Source: Candidatus Kuenenia sp. (GTDB lineage: Bacteria; Planctomycetota; Planctomycetia; Planctomycetales; Planctomycetaceae). Taken from it: a stretch of DNA of 62,017 nucleotides. The stretch lies in NCBI GenBank assembly GCA_043775985.1, contig JAYVRU010000320.1, positions 1 through 62,017 on the forward strand. Direction: 5' to 3'. The notes under the pieces are model-generated. The model worked only from the letters and a program-made list of their open reading frames with translations, searched no databases and was not told where the DNA came from. The translations under genes and the position numbers were made by a program. Shown piece after piece: positions 38,363 through 47,944 of the stretch (positions are counted from its first letter, which is position 1; each line of letters starts with the position of its first letter).

Positions 38363-41300
38363 TTAGCCATCCACAATCTTCTCGGCCTGAATGCGAAAGG
38401 ACTTAAACCTGATGACTGTTTTACGATTGTCTCCGCCCGTGTGAATCAACGCTCGAAGCAGTCCCAGCGGGACCGGATCTGTTCCCATTTTCATCGCACC
38501 CAGAATCTGAGGAGGCGAATCGGGTTCGCCCTGGAAAATCTGATAGATCACGTCGCCTCGGCGAGCCAGTCTGAGCAGGCTGGCGGTGGTTTCCGGGCGA
38601 GACACGATTTCCTGATAGTTAAACGTCCCGTCGCCACGGATGCGACGCTGCTGAGTTTCCGCCTTTCGATCACCACCGTGGTGAATCGAAAACTTAACTT
38701 CGCTGTTCGATTTGCGTTTATCGTTGAATTCCGCCTGCAGCAGAACGACGGATTCGTCGCCCGACTTGCAAGGTTCCATGTGCACAACATCCAGCTCCAG
38801 CGAAATGTCGAAGTCCCCGTCCAGAGCCAATCTAGGAACCAAGCCGGCCGCCTGCCAGTTTTCGCTGCCTGGGACCGTAATCGTCAGTCCATCCTTGTCC
38901 TGCGAATAGGTCGCGTTCGTGTGGCTCCACACATCGAAAGGACCGATCCCAGTTGTACCGGCGACAGGCTTTGACCTCGCGAAATTGTAGACACGCTCGG
39001 CCAGCAGCGAGGAGCGTTCTTCGTCGAGCAACGCAACGGACTTCAGGGACTGCTCCGGCCCGCCAAAGGATGATTGAGCCTGCACCGATAACTTCTTCCA
39101 GACGGTTTGCGAGAATCCGGATTTGTGTTGCCCGACAATAAGTTTTACCGTGCCATCGGCATCAGAAACGGGCTCTGTATGGATCAGACGAAACTCAGTC
39201 GAATCATCCTCCGCGTAAAGATAGGACAACTTGATGCCTCGCCGAATCAGCCGCATTCTTCCGGTGTTCGATTCTTCGGGCGGGTTGTCGAAGAAGAGAT
39301 ATTGAGTCTCCCCGCCTCGCTTCTCAAAAATCGCTGCCTGAATCAATTGCTCGCGCGTGTCGGGAGGAACGCCGAACACTTTGCGAAACAGAAAGCATTC
39401 TCGGGACCTGTCATCATCAAGAGTCACCGCGAGTTGGATATTGCCTTCCCCATAATCGAGCTCCGTTTGAGTAGCAAAATCTTCGAAACTGGCCGTGATA
39501 TCGAAATCTCCGGTCAGCAAAACCGGTGAGACGATGGAATAGTTGACATACTCGCCACCGGGACGCCTCAACTGGGCGCCATTCTGAACCTGCTTGAGAT
39601 TCTCTTCCCATTTTTCACCAGCAACGGAAAACAAGCCTGATGGCACGCCCTTGCTAAAGTCATGTTCGAAGACAAGTGGCAACGCATTGGGGTCACCGAT
39701 CAATTTTTCGACTTCATCACTCGCAAGCTCCTGCTTCAGCGGTGCAGGCAGTTCCTTCGGCCAGTCGCCGCGCCAGCGAATGTTTCGGACTCGAGCTTCT
39801 GTCTGGTCGGCATAGTGAAACAATCCAAACGTACGCAGATTGGTGGCTTCGAGTTCCCGCGAAAACACCAGAGTGCCATTTAACGCTACATCGACGGTGT
39901 TACCTCGCACCGTCAATGCCATCAAGTTCCATTCGTTGGGCTTGAATGGCAACAGCCCTTTGTGTTTCTGATGCTGCGGTTCGGCAGTGACATTGTCCGG
40001 GCCAAGCGATGTTGGATCGTGGCGACCATCAGTGATCCAGTGCACATCAACGCTTGTGGGATTCAGCAGCAGCGACAGCCGATCCAGCGTAGGATGCACG
40101 AGCGACTGCCCGGGCTGATAGAAGAATTCGTACTCAATCGTGCCATCCTCAGCCATCGGGCGATGGTATCGAAGCAGACTCTGGCTGAACGTGCCTTCGC
40201 GATCGAGCCGCCGGGGACTGACGAGTTCGGTCGAATCGCCGAGTTCTTTTTGGCCGACTTTTGTTTGGCCGAGTTCCCGCAAGTCTGTGACGAACCAGTC
40301 TTCGCCTCGCCCGCCGACTGATTCATCGAAGTACGCTAACCAGCCGCCGAGGTCCGGTGTGATCAGTTTCACTTCGTCTGGGATGACCGGATCACCGAGC
40401 ACACGCAAGTTCTTCACTGATCCGTTGGTGTACCACCAACTGTGAATCGAAAGCCACGGATCGTCGTTCACGCCATGTTTTCGTTCATAAATTTTTCGTC
40501 CATTCGTCAACGTTGTGCGCGTTTCGTGATCCACGAGCATCCGAAGTCGCATCGACTCGAACATGCGGGTCAACGGAGGATTGATCGGAATCGCACCTCC
40601 TTCAATACGAAAACTGGCATTCACACAACTCTGCCGGTCATGTCCCGCACCCGCCCAATAGCCTCCGAATCCAAGATGAATGTCGCGAAAGTCAAAAGTT
40701 GTCAGATCCGCTTCAACCGAGAAGTCTCCAGTCAGCGGAGATGCAAAATACAGATAGTCATCGTGATGACCGGCCAGATGAGTCGCCTTGCCCGCCTCGA
40801 CACGCCACACAGGAATCGGGTACCCAGCTCCGCGCGTTTCCGACGTCATCCGGCTCACTGGTACCCAGTGTTTCAGTGATGGCTGCTGAGACGCCGCTTC
40901 ATCGGGCTTCTTGCCGACTTCCAATGCTGCATCAAGACGAAACTGCCTGCCAATAATCTGTCGAATCCAACGTTCATTTCGTGGAGGCGTTCCAGCCCAT
41001 GCGTGCTGATGCAGCAGTACTGCCAGTTCGCGAGCCAGCTCGCGAGTTTCAGCAAAGTCGCCGCCAGCCCAAACGGCGACAGCTTCAGTATGTGCTTCCC
41101 GGGCAGATCCCGGCAACGATCCGGCCAATGCCAGGACCTCGCGCATGCGAAGTTCCGCAACAGCGGCATCCTGTTGAGCAATCGCGACGAGAAGCTGAAA
41201 CACGATTCGAGATTTCTGATCCTCTGGCGATGTCACCTTCCACCGGTTAACAACCGTTTGAATTTCATCCAGCCGATTCAAACTGGCCGCGACGTTGACC

Positions 41301-41692
41301 AGATCGATTGCGGGCGAAACAAGATCACCGCCTGTAAATTTGCTGTGTTCCGATCCGGACGAATCACTTGCAACTCCGCTGGATCGGTCAACAATCGGAG
41401 CAGGGCAGGTCGGAGTAAACTCACACTGCATTCGCAACGAATGGTGGTCGTCGGACGGCAAGACCCACTGTGACAGAAATTCAAACCGCGCTGTCTCATT
41501 CAGTCGCAACGCCTGTTCATGAATCAGCAGGGCCTCCTGTGCCACATGATCATCAGCGAAGATCGCCCCCAATGCGGATCGAACACCCGCTGGCCGTCTT
41601 GCGTCGTCGTCCTGCGGCAGGGCAGCGACAAGCAACGGCGTGGAATACGGCATCGCTGTGATTATGAAAAGCAGAGTTCTGCAGAACCGCAT
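38363..41692 (-). CDS. Paralogue 7 of 7: DUF1583-like core plus two GDFD modules
   Basis: Family motifs: ARFEFLSQWVLPSDDHHSLRM, GGDLVSPAIDLVNVA, GHHDDYLYFASPLTGDFSVEADL, DPWLSIHS...VLGDPVIP, LLRYHRPMAEDGTIEYEFFYQPGQSLVHPTLDRL, TFGLFHYADQTEARVRNIRWRGDWPKELP. Modules contain TGDFDITASF and DGDFDISLEL. I prefer the signal-like start MRFCRTLLFIITAMPYSTPLLVAA (41692) over the track start at 41743. Confidence 0.9.
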   Translation of the reverse strand: MRFCRTLLFIITAMPYSTPLLVAALPQDDDARRPAGVRSALGAIFADDHVAQEALLIHEQALRLNETARFEFLSQWVLPSDDHHSLRMQCEFTPTCPAPIVDRSSGVASDSSGSEHSKFTGGDLVSPAIDLVNVAASLNRLDEIQTVVNRWKVTSPEDQKSRIVFQLLVAIAQQDAAVAELRMREVLALAGSLPGSAREAHTEAVAVWAGGDFAETRELARELAVLLHQHAWAGTPPRNERWIRQIIGRQFRLDAALEVGKKPDEAASQQPSLKHWVPVSRMTSETRGAGYPIPVWRVEAGKATHLAGHHDDYLYFASPLTGDFSVEADLTTFDFRDIHLGFGGYWAGAGHDRQSCVNASFRIEGGAIPINPPLTRMFESMRLRMLVDHETRTTLTNGRKIYERKHGVNDDPWLSIHSWWYTNGSVKNLRVLGDPVIPDEVKLITPDLGGWLAYFDESVGGRGEDWFVTDLRELGQTKVGQKELGDSTELVSPRRLDREGTFSQSLLRYHRPMAEDGTIEYEFFYQPGQSLVHPTLDRLSLLLNPTSVDVHWITDGRHDPTSLGPDNVTAEPQHQKHKGLLPFKPNEWNLMALTVRGNTVDVALNGTLVFSRELEATNLRTFGLFHYADQTEARVRNIRWRGDWPKELPAPLKQELASDEVEKLIGDPNALPLVFEHDFSKGVPSGLFSVAGEKWEENLKQVQNGAQLRRPGGEYVNYSIVSPVLLTGDFDITASFEDFATQTELDYGEGNIQLAVTLDDDRSRECFLFRKVFGVPPDTREQLIQAAIFEKRGGETQYLFFDNPPEESNTGRMRLIRRGIKLSYLYAEDDSTEFRLIHTEPVSDADGTVKLIVGQHKSGFSQTVWKKLSVQAQSSFGGPEQSLKSVALLDEERSSLLAERVYNFARSKPVAGTTGIGPFDVWSHTNATYSQDKDGLTITVPGSENWQAAGLVPRLALDGDFDISLELDVVHMEPCKSGDESVVLLQAEFNDKRKSNSEVKFSIHHGGDRKAETQQRRIRGDGTFNYQEIVSRPETTASLLRLARRGDVIYQIFQGEPDSPPQILGAMKMGTDPVPLGLLRALIHTGGDNRKTVIRFKSFRIQAEKIVDG

Positions 41693-41953
41693 GAGATCCT
41701 CTTTTGCCATTCCAATTGACGTCCTCAGAATCCACGCGGTCAATCAGGGGATTAACATCCCCCGCTCGCCGAAGCCATGCATCAACCACGATCGCTGCAG
41801 TATAACCAATGCAGCGCCAGATGACGGAACGACGTTTCACCATGCCTCACTTTGGTGCCAGCGATCCCATCGCTGTCGTCCAAACCCGTGGAATCACGCG
41901 GTGAATTTCTGAGAAAGCCGTGTTCCGAAATGCCACGGTGCTTTTGAATTAGT

Positions 41954-41979
41954 GAGCCGTAAGGCGCGAACTGCGGGTG
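41954..41979 (+). repeat. Degenerate solitary REP unit
   Basis: gagccgtaaggcgcgaactgcgggtg differs from the consensus gagccgcaaggcgctagccgcgggtg by 5 mismatches out of 26. Confidence 0.6.
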
Positions 41980-42150
41980 AGTGCTCCAGGATTCAAAGCC
42001 GGGAAACCCGCAGCTATTACATCGCAGCTCAGTCATATGAGTAATCAGTTTTCATCCGATCGTCAGCTTTTTTCTGAATGATTCCGCTGCAATCTTCGAC
42101 TACGCAGTTGAGTCAATGCTTGTACCAATAACAGACTTTGGAAGGCGAAA

Positions 42151-43110
42151 ATGCGAGGTCCATTGCGATTTCTGGTTCTTTTGGCATGCATGTGCCCAAG
42201 TGCGGTTTTCGGCGAAGAACCTGAAAAGATCGTGAAACGAATCTGGTTCCCCAGATTCTCCGCAGACAGCAAGCTTCTGGCGACAGCCCACGGCGGCTGG
42301 GATGCCAATGAAGGCGGCGAGGCCCGCATCTGGGACGCAGTTTCGGGAAAACAAAAGTTCGTGCTGAAACAGCCGCGAGGAATTCGGAGCGTAGCTTTGT
42401 CGAAGGACTCGACCTTGCTGGCCGCTGGCGGATATGGCTCGACGATCACAGTCTATGACCTGCAGTCGGGGAAGCCGATTCAGGAATGGAAGACTCCCAG
42501 CGGTGTTGAAAATCTGGCGTTTCATCCTGATGGACTTCATTTGTTCTCCGCACTTGGTGATGGTTCTGTTCGACTTTGGGATGCAAAAGCGGGTAAAGAA
42601 ACTCAGACTCTGTCCGGGCTCCATTCTGGAGAAATCTGGGGGATGGCCGTGTCGCCGGATGGAACGCATGTTGCCACCGCTGGCCAGGACCTGACGATCA
42701 ATGTGACGAATGTGAAGACGGGAAATCATCCGCCTCAATTCCCTCAACTCGGCTCCAACAGCGTCGCGTTCACAAGCGATGGCAAGCGACTGGCCGCTGG
42801 TGGTGCAGATTCCGTGATCATAATTTATGACCTTGAGACAGGGGCGGAACTTCATAAGTTGAAAGGACATCAGGGAGGCAAAGTCACGGACCTGCATTTC
42901 GGGGCGAACGATCAGATTCTGGCCAGTGGCGGCATGGACAAAACCGTGCGCGTATGGGATCTCAGTGATTCGCAGGCCCCAATACTGAAGAAGACACTGA
43001 CCGCACATCAGGACTTTGTGTTCGGCGTCGCACTGTCACCTGATGGAAAACTACTTGCCTCTGCCGGCTGGGACGATCGCATCAACGTCTGGGACACCAA
43101 GTTCGTTTAA
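42151..43110 (+). CDS. Secreted seven-blade WD40 repeat protein
   Basis: Signal peptide: MRGPLRFLVLLACMCPSAVFG. WD40 blades: ARIWDAVSGK, ITVYDLQSGK, SVRLWDAKAGK, GHQGGKVTDLHF...DKTVRVWDL, AHQDFVFGVALSPDGKLLASAGWDDRINVWD. Confidence 0.9.
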   Translation: MRGPLRFLVLLACMCPSAVFGEEPEKIVKRIWFPRFSADSKLLATAHGGWDANEGGEARIWDAVSGKQKFVLKQPRGIRSVALSKDSTLLAAGGYGSTITVYDLQSGKPIQEWKTPSGVENLAFHPDGLHLFSALGDGSVRLWDAKAGKETQTLSGLHSGEIWGMAVSPDGTHVATAGQDLTINVTNVKTGNHPPQFPQLGSNSVAFTSDGKRLAAGGADSVIIIYDLETGAELHKLKGHQGGKVTDLHFGANDQILASGGMDKTVRVWDLSDSQAPILKKTLTAHQDFVFGVALSPDGKLLASAGWDDRINVWDTKFV

Positions 43111-43661
43111 GGAAATATGGTCCTGGGACCGAGCAGAGCAGAAGTAGGCTGGTTCATTTGCGTGAACGACATCACACATTTCTATGCATGTCTCGGCCTA
43201 TTCCTTTTTTGTTCTTCATTGCTTCTGGCTTGTTTGCTTCTTCAACGACACGTCCACTTGACGTGCGTTTGGTCCGGGTCGGTGTCCAGAGCAAGGCGGC
43301 CTGCGCGTCGTTCCTCTTGACACCGTGTTCAATCTTTTCGGGCCACTTTCCTCGATCGACTCCGCTGATGCTTCAGCAGCATCGCTGTTCGCCGACGTCG
43401 CAGGTACTATGGACTCATCTGCCCGCCTCGCTTCATCGTGAGGCAAGCTCAACTCGAAAGTGGTGTCCCAATTCAATTAGAAAACCGGGAGCTCAATGGC
43501 TGGCCTGCGTTTCCCTTCGCACGGACGCTTAGGACAGACCGGTCGCCCGATCCGCCCCTCCGCTGAAGGCCGAAGTCGTTGACCAAACTTTCCTCGTAAG
43601 ATACTTGCATTCTCTATTCCAAACCGGTTTTATCCCGGCACACCCTGACCCCTTTGAGTTT

Positions 43662-46331
43662 TCAAGGCGGCCAGCGTCGGAACTGATAGGGCGGAAAAAC
43701 GTTGGTGCAGCCACGTTTGCTTTTGCCGGTCAACGTCAGCAGGCTGCCTTCGCTACCGCTGACGGATGCAGCGGCAGTGACAATCGCGGGGGCAGCGTTG
43801 ACGACCGGCCCTTCAACAGCACCGATGTCCGGCCGACCCACACCGCGACTGAAAGCGTTTACCGGGCGCACTTGTCCTCGTTGATCCGTGCTTCCGTTCA
43901 ATAGGGAATCTCCGGCTTCCAGTGCGGGGCTGTCTGGCAAAGGCAGATGAGTCAGTGTCGGCCCACCGTTATCCGCGAGTGGCCCCAGTCGAGGGTCAAT
44001 CCGGTTCAGGAAATCGCCAACGATATCGGTGCCTGATCCGGACCAGCCGACCGCCGTGCCCGACAATAGGTTTTACCCGCCGGACAGCACATTCGAAGCA
44101 TTCCGAGAAAGAACCGTCTGAGCGGAGTTTCCAGCGATAATCGAATTGTGGACGGTGACTGATCCGGCATTTGAAATCACCGGCAGCACAGCCGCTGCAC
44201 TGGCTGCTGTTCCATTACCTGTTATTGTTGACTGATCAATCAAAAGCGACCCCGTCGAGATTGCGGCAATCTGCGATTGCCCGGAAATCGTTGAGTTCAC
44301 AATCGAACCGCTGGTCATGCGAACTCCGTGTCCGATCCCGTTGGCGATTGTTGATCTTTGGAGGGTGACCGTAGATTCCGAATCTATAGTGTAACCTTCA
44401 TTGCGAAGCAGTTGAGACTGAGAGACAGTTAGAGGCACAGTCGCATACACCGTCGCTCTCTGCCAAAGCGCATCGGTCAAACGATTGTCGTGAATGAATG
44501 AATGAATTCTCAAGGCGTCCTCCCGGGGCTCGTCCCGCGAAAACAACGCCAGCACCATTGGTAGTCGTTGTCAGGGGATGAACAACAGTGTCTGCGACGG
44601 TCACGTTGCGAAACACAATCTCGGACAGGCTGTTGGAGTTAACACCGATCCCGCCGCCCCACTGAGTTCCAACTCTGTTGCCCAAAACTTCACTGTTCTC
44701 CACGATTACTGCGCCAGAGCCCGGACTATAGATCCAGGCTCCCCAGCCGTCGGGTGCGTTCACGCTGGCCTGAGGGCCGTTGCTGTTGAAGTGACTGTTA
44801 TTGACGGTGGCAGCATTGATCGAGTACGCCAACAACCCAAAACCTGCATTCCCGGACGAAATCCACTCGTCGTGCCGGACCAGTTTCGGTCAAATCGCGA
44901 AGTGGACACACTGGTCGATCCCAGTGTGCCCGACAGCACCGTTCCATAGGACGTATTGCCTGTTGCCGTCAGACCGGAAATCACTGCACCATCGAATCCG
45001 AACAGATCCATTCCCAGCCCGATATTGCGCCGCGATTCACCGCCGGAAAACGTCAGACTCGGCAACGCTGCACCAGCAGCAAGTATATTCTGGCCTATCA
45101 GCGTTCCCGTCCGACCATTGTCATTCGTCGTCAGACTGGCAAGAGAGACATTCCCCGTCATGTTCGTCAACAGGATGCCCCAGAACGAATTGTGGTTGGC
45201 ATTGATTCCCGATAACTGGGCCGTTCCGGCAATGCCGATGGCTGCAAACCCGGCCGCCAAATTATTCAAAAATTCGCCGCCGGACACAGAGACAGAATTT
45301 ACATCTGTCGCGAAGAAACCGTCGAAATCATTGCGATTTGCCGTAATATTCTGTCCCGCGACGCTGCCATGGCCCTGCCACACAACGAAGCCTCTTGCGT
45401 TATCGCTGGCTTCCACGTTAGCCAGAGTCGTTGTTGTGACCATATTCAGATATGCACCGATGCCAGCGTTGTTGTTAAACGATGAGTTGCTGACGTTGAC
45501 GGTGATGTTGCTGCCGACATCAAGGCCGTTACCTGTCGCGCCGTTCACTGTCACATTGTTAGCCGTCAGAACTGCCGGTGCGTTGATCGGCGGCGTTGGA
45601 AAACCTGTGCTGCTGCGCGTGGTGTTAGAGACAAACAGTCCCGTCCCGGAGACCACTCCGACGCTCAAGCCATTGATACTCAACTGATGAACCCAACTGG
45701 CACTGACGCCACCCCCATTGGGATTGTCGATCGAGACCTGGTTTAACGTGGCCGTCCCGATGTCGCTCAGGTCGATGCGACCGCGAATCGTCGCTACATT
45801 TGTCGCCGAAAACGAATGGAGACCAATCAGCGACAGAGCGGTCCCCGGACCATTGAGCATGTTGATGCTGATATTCTCCAGCGTCAGGTTTCCGGATCGA
45901 CGGTAAACGTCGTTACCCACCCCAAAGCGGTTGACTCCGATCGCGAGGGAGCCTGTTGGCCGGAGCTGAAAATTCCTGAACGCGGTCGTGCCAAATGGCG
46001 CACTCAACGTCAGCGGGAATGAGCCGGTAAGAATCGGGCGAGACACCGCATCGCCGATCACAGTCACTTCGCCTGGGTCGCTCACCGACACGATTTCTTC
46101 ATAGGTTCCGGCTGCAACCTGAATCTCATCCGTACCAGCATTCGCTTTGGCTGCCTCAAGAGCCGATGCAATCCGTGTAAATGGATTTTCTGGGGTCCCT
46201 GTGCCGCCGACCTCGCCGGTCGCACTTTGTTGCACATGAAAAACAGCCAGCAGTACTTTCTGCTCCAACTGCTCAGTCGTGAAGGAATTTCGAACAGTAC
46301 GACGACGTGAATAGATTTGCCCGCGAAACAT
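43662..46331 (-). pseudogene. Disrupted right-handed beta-helix / choice-of-anchor-Q-type secreted adhesin-like gene
   Basis: Four collinear ORF pieces: 44760-46331, 44398-44835, 44073-44558 and 43662-44066. The N-terminus has the planctomycete TTEQLEQKVLLA motif. It is followed by many beta-helix repeats (NNAGIGAYLN, NDFDGFFAT, NHNSFWGILL, ENSEVLGNRVG, HNSIIAGNSA) and then RIDPRLGPLADNGGPTLTHLPLPDSPALEAGD. The frame changes twice (end-coordinate mod 3 goes 2, 0, 2). There is an in-frame TAA at 44073-44075 (...NVLSGG*NLLSGTAVGW...). Confidence 0.75.
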
Positions 46332-46659
46332 GATACCACTCTCGAATCAAGACTGTTCAAAAGTACCGTGACGACTTCCGAAACCTAACAAACATGATCA
46401 ATGGGTTCAAGTAATTTCGCGACGATACATGACAGTCAGGCGCAGCTTGAATCAACGTTCAAAATTCAAATGGAGCAACCCGATGTCTGGTAAGGAGAGA
46501 CAAGAGTGAAAACGGTCCGGCCCTGCGCGATATTCCGACGAAGAACGCAAAAGGGGGAATCGCAAAAGAATCGCAAAAGGGGACATTGTATTTATCAAGT
46601 AATGCAGAATGTCCCCATTTTCCCTTCCCATTTTCTCTTTTTATTCACTCCTTGCCCAA

Positions 46660-46854
46660 TCCACAACGCATTCCGCACTGCAGATTAATCCCTGCTGGGA
46701 AGTCGATCTCGGCCAACCATTCGACCTCGACCGCGTCCTCATCTGGAACCGCTCTGACTTCGGGCAAAACCTCCTCCACTGCTTCCGAGTCCACCTCCTT
46801 GACGAACAGCGCGAGCTCGTTTGGCAAAACTCCCCGCTCCCGCGAGACAAGTAA
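46660..46854 (+). pseudogene. Orphan C-terminal fragment of a discoidin (F5/8 type C)-like domain
   Basis: ...ALQINPCWEVDLGQPFDLDRVLIWNRSDFGQNLLHCFRVHLLDEQRELVWQNSPLP* follows the W.VDLG....I..V.IWNR.D....RL..F.V pattern of galactose-binding-like domains. There is no matching N-terminal part and no credible start. Confidence 0.45.
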
Positions 46855-46964
46855 GGTACTGGTCGAGAAATTACTGTCGGATTGTCGCCTTTCGCTCTGC
46901 GAAAGTTGCGTTGCTTTCGCGAAGCGAAAGACGACACTACCATCGAGCGGATTATTACCGTCTT

Positions 46965-47027
46965 ATCAGCCGGAACGCGCTAGCGTCCGGTTCAGGGAAA
47001 ACCGTGAGCTAGCGCTCTGCGGCTGAT
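46965..47027. repeat. REP type-2 unit (reverse) plus a hybrid unit
   Basis: atcagccggaacgcgctagcgtccgg (46965-46990) is the exact reverse complement of the type-2 unit at 35491-35516. gtgagctagcgctctgcggctgat (47004-47027) is a hybrid or degenerate unit. Confidence 0.8.
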
Positions 47028-47086
47028 TTCAGTCACGACACTTATTGATCGCTCGATGCTTATACGACAGCGGAAAGTCATTCCGC

Positions 47087-47868
47087 TCATGGGGTATCTG
47101 AGGTGGCCGACTCCTTGAATGGCGGCTCAGCTGTGAACACGATTTGACGTCCGTCCGGTGACCAGGCGCAGTCGATAATTCGCCAGTTGCGTGGCTGGCC
47201 GGGAACGGAGACTATCGTTGCAGGTTTGTCGCGTTGCCCGGTGATACGGACGTTTTTCACAATGCCAACACCGCTGCTCGGATTGCGAATCGCGATCCAC
47301 GGATCATGCTCTGTCGGTAGTTTCTCCTGCAGAGCAAATCGACTATTGATGTATCACAAATCAATTCATTGCCCGTGACGCGAATGATGTTTGGTTTCTC
47401 AGTGTGCTCGTCATCCGGGGAGGCAAAGTAATCGATTGTCCAGGTGCCTTGAAGAGACTTGAGTCGTGCGGCGATTTCTTCAGGCGCGCGTTGATTCAGA
47501 ACGGAGGTCGTCTCGGACGCCGCTCCCTCTTGTCCAAGCGCCTGTGGAAACATCGATTTCAATTGCTCCACGGGCGCCGCCAGCAGCAGATTTCGCATGT
47601 CGAGCGACTGCTAAGTCTGCAACAGGCGAGTCTGCATCTCGAGCAGCTCGGCCCGCAGCAGGCTTTGTCGCAAAGTGAACGCTCGCCGCAAGGCCGTTCG
47701 CAGCTCGGCGTTCTTCCCCGCATCCGGAGTTTGCCGAAGCGACGCAGCCAGATCATGAGCCTGCTTGTTGGCGGTTTCGTAGTCGATTCGCAATTGAACG
47801 ATCTTCAACGCGATAGGGTTTGTTGCCGTGTCCGTTGCTGGTTCAGCTTCTTCTGACGAGCGTGGCAC
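47087..47868 (-). pseudogene. Chimeric pseudogene: coiled-coil / LQGTW-domain N-part (in-frame TAG) fused to an internally deleted paralogue-5-like fragment
   Basis: The minus strand reads ...RAELLEMQTRLLQT*QSLDMRNLLL..., with a TAG at 47611-47613 in frame with ORF 47257-47598. It continues ...LKSLQGTWTIDYFASPDDEHTEKPNIIRVTGNELI. After a frame change it reads YINSRFALQEKLPTEHDPWIAIRNPSSGVGIVKNVRITGQRDKPATIVSVPGQPRNWRIIDCAWSPDGRQIVFTAEPP...*. The DNA at 47111-47215 matches 31681-31790 and 47228-47345 matches 34011-34150, at roughly 80-85% identity judged by eye. Confidence 0.7.
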
Positions 47869-47944
47869 CGGAAAATTCGTATCTTCCCAACGTGGGCGTT
47901 TTTCAACGGATGCTGGTTCGGGCGGTGCGAAGAATTCCCCTGCC

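Noticed and set aside
43117-43661. ORFs 43158-43532 (+) and 43216-43476 (-) downstream of the WD40 gene.
   Set aside because: Their composition is not protein-like (Cys/Arg/Ser-rich or low complexity). They have no motifs and are mutually overlapping. They are probably the decayed 3' region of the broken beta-helix gene.
44956-45687. 243-aa plus-strand ORF inside the beta-helix locus (also 42100-43008 opposite the WD40 gene and 33085-33852 opposite paralogue 5).
   Set aside because: These are antisense shadows of genes with clear repeat motifs on the other strand.
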